DNA of 64,000 nt from Antedon mediterranea (taxonomy: Eukaryota; Animalia; Echinodermata). How positions within the stretch are numbered: the stretch's first letter is position 1; every line of letters begins with the position of its first letter. The stretch lies in NCBI RefSeq assembly GCF_964355755.1, contig NC_092678.1, forward strand, positions 25,747,365 through 25,811,364, read 5' to 3'. A model generated the notes under the pieces. It was not told the origin of the DNA and ran no database searches. It was given only the letters and a program-made list of their open reading frames with translations. Shown here piece after piece: positions 28,701-38,391 of this stretch. The position numbers and the translations under genes are program-made.

Positions 28701-31700
28701 TAGTATTTTATTCTGGTTGTTATTTTGTTCTAGTAGTTTTTAATATTCCAGTGTAATTCTTTTTTAATTTGAATTTGAAATTAAAATTTGTTCCCATTAT
28801 GCATTCATGGTTACTCTGTAAATGATACCCACCAAAAGATGGTCGTATTTTTGTCTATTTTCGGCTCATTCCTAGGGTGCCTTAAGAATGAAATCTATAT
28901 CAATCAAATTTGATATCTGCCTTAATGAATGAATGAATGAATGAATGGGTTAATTTGAGATTTGTTGCATAGAATTTGTGTAGGATAGAATCGATGGTCT
29001 AGTTGTATGCTGTATTGAAATAATAATAGATGAATAGTTGTAATTTCTGTCAATAAATCTTATGGCCTAAGCCATCGGGTCACGCTACAAATCATGAGGT
29101 CACAATGTAAGTCAACCATTTATCATACATTACTATCATCATCACATTGGGGTCCCTTCCTCAACTAATTACTTAATTCTAAAACAGCTTTGGAATTTGT
29201 TAGTATAGCCGCATCATGCTCTGTGCATTAGCCTCAATATATTATGTTACAGTGGCAAGCGACTTGTAGTGTATCAGTTTCACTGGTCCAGGTGAAAAGA
29301 CTTAGAATCTGTGCCGTAATTGTTACTGTGTGTTGTCTGCAAATACCTATTCAGTTTATTCATTTAGTTTTAATTAAACTGCTTTTAAATTTTAAACCTG
29401 AGACTAGTTCTATTAAGAACACAAAGACCCATTGTGAGTTATTATGTAAATTAGTTGTCTGTTCTTAAAGTGCAATTACTTCTATCTATCCTATGGTTTT
29501 CATTTTTAAGTTGAAAATATTTTGATTGCTTGTTTACATATATCCCTGCCTTCTCCACATTTAATTGATATGAAGTTCATTTACACTCTACCTACGGTTT
29601 GTCTGTGGAATGTTAATTTGTCGCCTTTCAATTGCGGACATTGTATGTCTTCATTGACACTCATGTTACTAATGTTTGTGTCCACAATAACTGTAGGATA
29701 TTATGCTGCTTTTTATAGCTAAACCAGCCACGCTTCAGGCTACATTCTAAATATAGAATGATTGCAAACGTCAACAACATAATTGGAATTATGAATTTCA
29801 GTTCATATTTCTTGTACTCGGCCAACTTATTTATTTTTACATTGCAGTGACGTACATTACATAATCTCTGCTAATGTTGTGAATATATTTCATAGTTCCA
29901 AGAAACATAGAAAATACTTAAGGAAGAACTTAATATAATACCAAATATATTAATTAAGTACAGAAAAACAAAACCTTATTTAGTTTTTAGATGTCTCTTC
30001 AATGATTCATTTGGGGAATTTCTTTCATTTTCCTTTGACAATTGTATTCAAAATTGGGCCTTTAAATTTAACAAAACAAACTGCGTATTGATATTATCAA
30101 TCATAAGTTAACATTGTTTATTGAAACTACTTGAATGGTTTATTGATATGGTAGATATGTACACAATGCAGTCATCCAAAAGGTATTTTGTTATGCTCAC
30201 AAGTTGGTCCTAGCAACTGGTCAGCAATATATAACAAATGGTCAGACAACTGTCCAAAATTGATGCCATAGCTCGCATGAAATTTCTTTGGTCTGTTTTT
30301 ACAGCGATCCCTCTAACCTGGCAGTAGATTGTTTTGGCTGTTACCCCCTAATGTTAGATGTCCCATAAAACTGGGGCAACTTAGCAGAGGCTACCAGCGG
30401 TCAGTAAAGTTGCTGATATTGTAAACTGACTTCTCTGTTGCTTCTAATTGTTGGAATCTTTATTACTAAGTTAGTCTCCTTTATCAATCGTTTGGATTGC
30501 CAACCTTTATGAAAAATGTTTTTAAATGTTGATGTTATCACACCATTTGCAAAATAAAATATACTGTATGTAAAGAAAAAAGATTTGTTTGCTAGTTTAC
30601 AGATATTACTTAATTAAACATTTCTCCATCAAATTAATGTTTAATTTAATGCTTTTAATGTTTATTATCTGTAGAAACAAATTTATCCCCCAAATCAGTC
30701 TTAGAGGAACACTTTAGTTGACGCATGTGGTGTTATTACATCATAAACTTGAGTACTATTTTGCACCTGGTAAGGATTTCTTGACTGTGAAAGCTAAACC
30801 TTATTGTCAAGCTGCTCAAATTCCTCTCTTGGCTCCGTTTACTATCATACCTATCAACAACATCATTATACTATCTTATGTGTTAAAGGGATATTTACAG
30901 TTTTTTTTTACAGATGCGTGTATCACTTTAGTCTTAATCTTTAAAATTGTTATGATTTTATAGGCTGCTGAAGGACCGCCAGAAGAAGAGATCGTTCCAT
31001 TCCAAGTCGAAGGTGTTGATTCAGCCGCAGCGATGCCGCAGGAATGCCGTCCATTTGACCTGGTCATTCCAGTCTCCGGAGCTGGTTCCGGACATATACA
31101 CGGTATTAAGACAAACTTACTGATAACGATTTATATGTTTTTTTAAGGAAGATTTATGAGGACAATTTGTGATAACTGGTACTTAATATATGGCAGTAAT
31201 GAGAGATTTAATAGCATACTTTCAAACTCAAATACCGCTTGATAGCGAGCATAAACCAACGTGTAGATGATGGATGTCTCTGAATTGAAAATTCTTGATT
31301 TAATAAAATGATTTTTCTGTTTGATAGAAATTGAAACAAACTACACTTACACTTTGATTGACCAATAAACGTCAACCTAGACATGAAACATATGTTTTAT
31401 TACTTTTTGGTTGTGCATAATTATGGAGTTGTACATAATTTAAAATTGTAATACCATGTCCAAACTAAGTATTGTAATTGCTTGAATAAATTATTTAATT
31501 GTTTTTATTTCTGTAGGTGAGGTTACAACACCGTCGGGCAAGAAACACAAGCCACAAATTACAGAAAATAAAGATGGTACAATCACAGTCAAATATGCTC
31601 CAACAGAAACTGGTCTTCATCAGCTAACAATCAAATATAACAACCAATTTATCCCAGGTAAAGTCTCCCAGTTGGCCTCAACAAAAAATTAATATGATAT

Positions 31701-34700
31701 TCCAGGTTTATTATATCTACATCAACACATGTTGTCACTTTCATATACCATAATTCCTAACTTTTACTTCTTTCGGACACAGGAAGCCCATTCCAATTTC
31801 ATGTGGATGAAATTAAGAGTGGTCAAGCTACTGCATATGGACCTGGTTTGACCCATGGAATCTGTGGAGACTCGTGTAACTTCACCATTAACACCAAGGA
31901 TGCTGGACCAGGTGGAGTTGCTTTGGCAGTTGAAGGGCCGTCAAAAGCAGAGATTAAATGCAAAGACAACAAAGATGGAACTTGTGATGTCACTTACTTC
32001 CCTCTTAAACCTGGTGATTACGCCCTCACTGTTAAATTTGCTGATAAACATGTTCCCGGAAGTCCATTCACAGCTAAAATTGTTGGTAAGTAAGATTTTT
32101 ACTTTGCAATAGTTTAAGTGCTAGTGCCAAATGTCTTCTATCAAGTTAAAATTAAAATATTTCAGTATAGGTACATTTAATAATTGATGCTGCAACAAGT
32201 TTAGTTCTGTTTAATAGATTTCCAAAAGTGTGTTTCCTTGAGCTTGTCTTTTATTTAGAGAACTTAAATATGTTGTTACTTTCTTTTTGTAGATAAGACT
32301 GGTGCTTCTATGTCTGTGGGTACATGCAGTGATGTACCACTCAAAATAAATGAGTCTGATCTTAGCCTACTAACTGCCAGTATCAAAATGCCATCTGGCC
32401 TTGAAGAACCTTGCCAACTTAAACGACTACCAAACCAGAATATAGGTAAATTATAACTTTATTTTGTAGTGGATTGTCAACAATTAATATCATAAGGCAT
32501 TTAATGAAAATGCAGACAGTCTTAAAGTTATGTGTTTCGATATATACACAGTTTTATTTAAATGAAGCAATAATTAGCATAATAAAGAACGAGATAAGCG
32601 GACAACATAACAATTGCAAGTGTCGACATCATTATCATTATTATTTCTATTATTGTTGTATTTGTCATTATTATTTCTTGTTTAATTTCTAGGTATCACA
32701 TTCACACCAAAAGAAGTAGGTGAGCATGTGGTAACGGTCAAGAAGTTTGGCCGACACATTGCCAATAGTCCTTTCAAAATCATCGTGGGATCTCAAGAAG
32801 TCGGAGATGCTTCTAAAGTCAAGGTGTCTGGTCTTGGAATCGCAGAAGGCGATGCTGGAGAGATCGCGGAGTTCAAGGTGGATACATCAAAGGCTGGTAA
32901 GTAACTGCTTAATGTTATCATTGGATGCTTCATCAAATTGATTATTAGGGAACTAGAAGGCTTACTTTAAGTAGTGGCTGTGTGATCAATAACAAACACT
33001 GTTTATATTGTACAGATTAAGTAGCTACTTAATTGTTATCATTGAATGCTTCTGTTGATTGTTGATACCTCAATAACATACTTCAGGATCTTAAGTACAT
33101 GCTTAATTATTTCAACAGGATTTGGTGGTCTTGGCGTATCAATTGAAGGTCCCAGCAAAACTGAAATCAATTGTGAAGATAATGGAGACGGTACTTGTAT
33201 TGTAACATACAAACCGCATGAACCTGGCAATTATATACTAAATGTTAAATATGCTGACCAACATGTACCAGGTAAGTAAGGGTCAGGGGTCAAGCGGGGT
33301 CAACAAGTCTGACCTTCCTAGTCCTATGTATTGATAGTAATTAAAAGCAGACAAAATATTAATAGTCATTTTTGTCACCGTTTTTTTACAGGAAGTCCAT
33401 TTAAGGTTAAAGTTCACGGTAAAGAAGGTGAAATGGTAACCGAGACGCTAGTGAAGCCTCGTCATGCTTCACCGGTCTCGCACGTTGGAAACCAATGCGA
33501 TTTGGGACTTAAGATTCCAGGTATGTATATAAAATTATAGAAATAAATAATGTACTTCATTTCTAAAATTATATTAGATACGCATTATTTGTTATTGTTA
33601 TAAAAGTGTATCAGAAAATGACTGTAATCATTTAGGTTAATGTACTCAAAATTGTAGTTTTTATTTAGCTAATTTAAAAGATCAGTTTATTTACAACAAC
33701 AGTTTCACTGCATGTAGAAATAAGAAGACTTGTTTGTTATGATAATGTTATGAAAACAAATATAGTTAGGTCTGTCAGAGCACCAGCATGAATTAGTTAA
33801 GGCAATGCTAGGTTTATGGTTAGATGGCTTTGTATACAAAATAAAGTCAAGGAACAAAGAGCATGTTAAAATATCTGGATTGTTAGGACAGTCAGAATGA
33901 TAGATGCTCAGCTGAAATTGCATGAATACCAGAGCCGGCCAAAATTGCATGGAAAGACTAGAAGTTGAGGGCAGCCATTCAAGAGAACGTCTCAAGAACT
34001 GCATACTTGATGTAGATGACATTCAAATACTTGCACTCCTTAATATCCTTACGTCCGTCCACTATATTCACACACCAAATGTGCACAAGATTTCCTACGC
34101 ATGAAATGAGACCATTTGTTGTAAATAATACGATTCCATTAAATCAGACAAGAACCAATCAAAGGAAGCTGATCCTATGAAAGTACCTGGCAACCAATCT
34201 TGCGGCAAGATGGAACCCAAGAAGAATGGATTAGACGTGTCTGATAACAGTGCTTTTGCAAAGTTTGGAGTTAAGCTAAATAAAACAGCACCATCTTCAA
34301 AACCTGCAACGAAACCAATGAAGGAAGATACTTACTCCAATGAGCCACGTAAAGCTAGCCAACCGGAACCAAAGCCAGAGCCGGATCAGGTTAAACCGAG
34401 CCAACCTACTATACCAGAACCGCAAGACGTGTTTCCCACCAAAACCAAGATTACCAACTCGTACCGACAGACAAGGGTTACTACGGAAACCAGCGAACAG
34501 ACTATCACCCACACAATGGGAAGTCTTCCAGTTCGTAACACTGGCGCAGAATGCGACATAGCGGTGAAGATGCCAGGTTAGTTTGTAGGAAGGTTATGGT
34601 TCAAATCGTGTCGAGGTAAATTTTAGAGTTCAAATCGTAGCACAGTACAGTCAAAGATTATGTTATTATTTTAGGTTTTTCACACAAAAAAAATGATTAA

Positions 34701-37700
34701 TTTAACTAATTTATATTCTGTTTTATCAAAAAGGAACTGACCCACTGGACATGACCGCACAAGTTACCAATCCTGATGGAAAAACGGAAGATGCAGAAAT
34801 CATTGATGGGTCAGACTGCCGCTACACTGTGCGATTTGTACCCGTAATGAAGGGAGTGCATACAATTAGTGTAAAACACAAAGGAATGCATGTTCCAGGT
34901 ACAAACAAAAAAAGAGAAAAAAAATTAGATGAAAAAACAAAACTGTGTTTCATTTCGTTTAATTTCTACTTTTCAAATGAATTTAAACGGTTTTAACATA
35001 AGTATACAATGTATATGGGTGGATATAGGTGACAGTAAGTTCATTCAATTTTAAGTCGTGGAAAATAATGTCATATTTTTCTGTTTTATTTGTAGGATCA
35101 CCTTTCCAATTCACGGTTGGTCCATTCGGAGAAGGAGGAGCACACAAAGTACATGCTGGAGGTCTAGGCCTAGAACGAGGTGAAGTAAATGTACCAGCTG
35201 AATTCACCGTGTGGACTCGTGAAGCAGGGCCTGGGTCATTAGGCATAGCAGTAGAAGGCCCAGCTAAGGCAGACATCAACTTTGTCGACAACAAAGATGG
35301 ATCGTGTCAAGTATCTTATCTACCTACCGAACAGGGTACGTTTCAAATAAAGATTTACATGTTGAATATTAAATCACTAAATGTATGCAAGAAGAGAATG
35401 AATACAGAATTTATCATGACACTTTTAATGACTTTTGTCTTATTTAAAATAAAACTTTTTTAACAAATTTCTTTTTTTTGCAGGTGAATACTTAGTTAAA
35501 ATTACATACAATGATGAACCAATCCCAGATAGCCCATTCAAACCTTATATTCAAGCAGCTCTTGGTGAGGCTAGAAGAGTCAGTGTTACCAGCTTACAGG
35601 TAAGAACACATTAAAGTTGCTAATTTCATGTAGTCTTGGTGAAGCCTAGTATATTCTATGTTATTTGTTTCTATAGAGTTACAATTTATAATACAGTATA
35701 TATTTCTTTTTTAGGAGACTGGATTGAAGGCTAACCAACCAGCTTCTTTTGCTATTCAATTAAATGGAGCAAAAGGAGAAATAAGTGCAAAGGTCGTGTC
35801 ACCCACCGGTACAGAGGAAGATTGTGTTATTTCAGAGATTGATAGAGGTAAGTAGACAAGTTTTTTCCGTACTTTGTGATTATCAGAGTTTTGATTGAAA
35901 GTGACTAAAATTAAAAAGATTATTTTTCATATATTTCCTTTCAGATTAAAAATGTATTTGATTGTTAAACTTTTTATTGCGATTAATTTCAGATAACTTT
36001 GCTGTGAGGTTTATGCCTCATGAGAATGGTATTCACATGATCTATGTTAGCTTCCGTGATCATCCGATTGCTGGAAGCCCATTCCGTGTGCGAGTGGGAA
36101 CACAAGATGAGGTCGGTGACCCTGGAATGGTCCATGCAACTGGAGATGGCCTAGAGAAAGGAAAGACTGGTAAGTGCATACATTGCACAGACTGGTAAGT
36201 GCATACATTGCACAGACTGGTAAGTGCATACATTGCACAGACTGGTAAGTGCATACATTGCACAGACTGGTAAGTGCATACATTGCACAGACTGGTAAGT
36301 GCGTACATTGCACAGACTGGTAAGTGCGTACATTGCACAGACTGGTAAGTGCGTACATTGCACAGACTGGTAAGTGCATACATTGCACAGACTGGTAAGT
36401 GCACACATTGCACAGACTGGTAAGTGCACACATTGCACAGACTGGTAAGTGCACACATTGCACAGACTGGTAAGTGCACACATTGCACAGACTGGTAAGT
36501 GCGCACATTGCACAGACTGGTAAGTGCGTACATTGCACAGACTGGTAAGTGCGTACATTGCACAGACTGGTAAGTGCGTACATTGCACAGACTGGTAAGT
36601 GCGTACATTGCACAGACTGGTAAGTGCGTACATTGCACAGACTGGTAAGTGCGTACATTGCACAGACTGGTAAGTGCGTACATTGCACAGACTGGTAAGT
36701 GCGTACATTGCACAGACTGGTAAGTGCGTACATTGCACAGACTGGTAAGTGCATACATTGCACAGACTGGTAAGTGCATACATTGCACAGACTGGTAAGT
36801 GCATACATTGCACAGACTGGTAAGTGCATACATTGCACAGACTGGTAAGTGCATACATTGCACAGACTGGTAAGTGCATACATTGCACAGACTGGTAAGT
36901 GCATACATTGCACAGACTGGTAAGTGCATACATTGCACAAACTGGTAAGTGCATACATTGCAAAGACTGGTAAGTGCATACATTGCACAGACTGGTAAGT
37001 GCATACATTGCACAGACTGGTAAGTGCATACATTGCATCAACATCTTAAAATGCTAATCACTCGTTTGTGTACCATTGCATTGCATGCAATGGTTTAAAT
37101 ATTGTAGTATACTGAATTTAAAATTGTCATTACAAAATTGGAAAAACATAATTATTCATCTACCTGTTTTATTACTCAGGTCAGCCATGTGAGTTTGTGG
37201 TCAACACGTGCGGAGCTGGCACCGGTATCCTCGCAATCTCTGTAGATGGACCGTCTAAAGTTAAATTGGAAGTCACCGAAGTAGCAGAGGGCTACAAATG
37301 TACCTATGTCCCAACAGCACCGGGAGACTACTTGATTTCGATTAAATTTGCGGGCGCCCATCATATTGTTGGTAGTCCTTACAAGGCTAGAATTATAGGT
37401 TTGTGGTTGATTGGCTTCATTCTACATATCTGTAATACTAATTTTGAGGATTATCTTCAAATCCTTTGATTGCTGTCTGTTTTTCATCGACCCTTGCTTT
37501 CTTTTTGTCACCGTCGCTTCCTCTTTTCGTCATTTTATTTCTCGTCTTCAAATGTTTCTTTTGATTGCTTTCTATACATTGTGGGTCTGTTTATGTGTTT
37601 TCATCTTTTCTTTCTTTCTGTATTCTCCATCTTGTTATTTGTATTCATTCAGGTTTGTATCATCTTTCTGTCTTCTCTTTAAATCGTTGCATGTACAATT

Positions 37701-38391
37701 TATCTAAAATAAATGGTAGTTCTTTGTGCGATCATTGTATATTTTATCTGTCTTTATTTGCTGTTATCTGTTACTAATTAAAATATCTATTTAATTTATT
37801 TAATTTCATTTATATATCTATCTAAGATTGTAAATATAGCATATATGTAATTTTTTTTTTTAGGGCCAGCAAAAACACCTGTACTACAAACACATGAGAC
37901 AGCAAATGTTGTCATTGAAACGGTTTCCAAGACAACCACATCACAAATGCTTCATAGTATGCCCCACTTCCACTCGGATGCGTCAAAGGTCACATCAACG
38001 GGAATGGGTTTGAAGAAAGCGTTCCGCAACAAGAGGAGTCAGTTTACTGTGAATGCAGCCGATGCAGGTTAATATCCAATCAATGATCTCGTATTGGTCA
38101 TGTGATTTTATGAATTGATATAATTGGTTTAAATCTTTTAATATGAATGATATATTGGTACAAAAATAAGCACGCATTAATTGAGATGTTTTTCTTTTAG
38201 GGCATAACATGTTGATGGTGGGTATTGCCGGACCGAAGACACCGTGTGAAGAGATTCTTGTAAAACACAACGGACGCAATCGTTTCATTGTCAACTACAC
38301 ATTGAAAGACATAGGCGAATACATGTTAGTTGTCAAATGGGGCGATGAACACATACCAGGAAGCCCCTTCCACATCAAATGTAGTGTCTAA
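4750..38391 (+). CDS. FLN: Filamin (actin cross-linker; end of CH1, CH2, Ig repeats to the C-terminal dimerisation repeat); first exon(s) lie upstream of the window
   Basis: Calponin-homology motif [23 protein letters not shown] and repeated filamin Ig motifs (KV.A.GPGL, DN.DGT..V.Y.P, IPGSPF). GT-AG exons joined in consistent phase: 4750-5013, 5472-5569, 10143-10271, 10506-10721, 11017-11179, 11521-11721, 11899-12036, 13764-14030, 15075-15268, 15448-15711, 16002-16119, 16245-16487, 16969-18288, 19296-19802, 19917-20087, 20477-20603, 20947-21103, 21554-21743, 24076-24326, 30964-31102, 31517-31657, 31783-32085, 32293-32445, 32693-32896, 33119-33271, 33392-33520, 34734-34898, 35096-35335, 35484-35599, 35715-35847, 35993-36169, 37180-37398, 37864-38067, 38201-38391 (TAA). 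Confidence 0.97.
5142..5284. mobile_element. MITE family A
   Basis: Same TIRs, with a TTA target-site duplication on both sides (5139-5141 and 5285-5287). Confidence 0.88.
6945..7270. repeat. Two-copy tandem duplication, about 160-bp unit
   Basis: tttttacagaatttaaggaatttctaaaa ... ttagtgggtcgta.gac.tgtcat occurs twice with small indels. Confidence 0.85.
8213..8305. repeat. Perfect 45-bp tandem duplication
   Basis: attcattgtagtttaaccgcaatgatatatcctgggttatccctt at 8213 and 8258. Confidence 0.9.
9062..9153. repeat. Perfect 46-bp tandem duplication
   Basis: ctttaaatgctttagaaagattgatatgatgtaaattaaatgcatc x2. Confidence 0.9.
9296..9411. repeat. About 26-bp minisatellite, about 4.5 copies
   Basis: aaaaagtacc(a/c)tagaaatctcattgt repeated. 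Confidence 0.85.
10799..10969. mobile_element. MITE family B (171 bp), Harbinger-like
   Basis: TIR aggccaatttacacagac ... gtctgtgtaaattggcct, with TTA on both sides. Confidence 0.85.
13259..13297 (+). CDS. Candidate 39-nt filamin cassette microexon ([13 protein letters not shown]) in Ig3
   Basis: TACTAAC branch point at 13236, then gcacAG acceptor and AAG|gtagat donor; 39 nt, open, phase 1-1 matching the host intron. Confidence 0.6.
14097..14392. repeat. 74-bp minisatellite, 4 copies
   Basis: Units start at 14097, 14171, 14245 and 14319. Confidence 0.95.
20251..20355. mobile_element. Degenerate palindromic element (old MITE?)
   Basis: ttattttaatcaggtcagttggtt pairs imperfectly with aaccaacttagcaggttaaataa; weak outer inverted ends. 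Confidence 0.35.
20709..20850. mobile_element. MITE family A, opposite orientation, one end degraded
   Basis: TTA+agctctgtccacactatca start and the shared internal sequence; right TIR truncated. Confidence 0.7.
21147..21550. repeat. Diverged intronic duplication (about 130-bp unit, second copy interrupted)
   Basis: tttatttatttac.atctttaaagg.gatcacccgtttcatt occurs twice; gtatgcata.aaaggtgc...acctgtaatgt.aattttgt occurs near 21232 and 21503. Confidence 0.7.
22604..22752. mobile_element. MITE family A
   Basis: TTA+agccttgtctacattatcaaac ... gtttgatagtgtagacagagct. Confidence 0.85.
22813..22914 (+). CDS. Candidate 102-nt Thr-rich filamin cassette exon at the start of Ig15
   Basis: caccAG acceptor after a pyrimidine-rich stretch, A|gtaagg donor; 34 open codons ([34 protein letters not shown]); phase 1-1 matching flanking exons. 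Confidence 0.7.
25260..25546. repeat. 48-bp minisatellite, 6 copies
   Basis: Unit aatgtttagtttgctgagctgtctagttgaataacgaatagcattact. Confidence 0.95.
26138..26194 (+). CDS. Possible 57-nt cassette exon in the filamin hinge-1 intron ([19 protein letters not shown])
   Basis: cttttgtAG acceptor and AAG|gtaaat donor; open; phase 0-0 like the host intron. No homology support. Confidence 0.35.
34148..34576 (+). CDS. Filamin alternative exon (143 codons) inserted in Ig20
   Basis: Open frame, phase 1-1, CCAG|gttagt donor; ends in [14 protein letters not shown], which parallels [14 protein letters not shown] of the preceding exon. Confidence 0.8.
36164..37037 (+). repeat. 25-bp minisatellite, 35 copies, each containing the filamin exon end and 5' splice site
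   Basis: Unit agactg|gtaagtgcatacattgcac; the first copy overlaps the true junction at 36169/36170. Confidence 0.98.

Noticed and set aside
36047-37044. Three overlapping Cys-rich ORFs of about 300 aa on the minus strand
   Set aside because: Translations of the 25-bp minisatellite, which has no stop codon on that strand; not proteins.
37411-37777. Phe/Leu-rich ORFs resembling membrane proteins
   Set aside because: T-rich low-complexity intron sequence of filamin.
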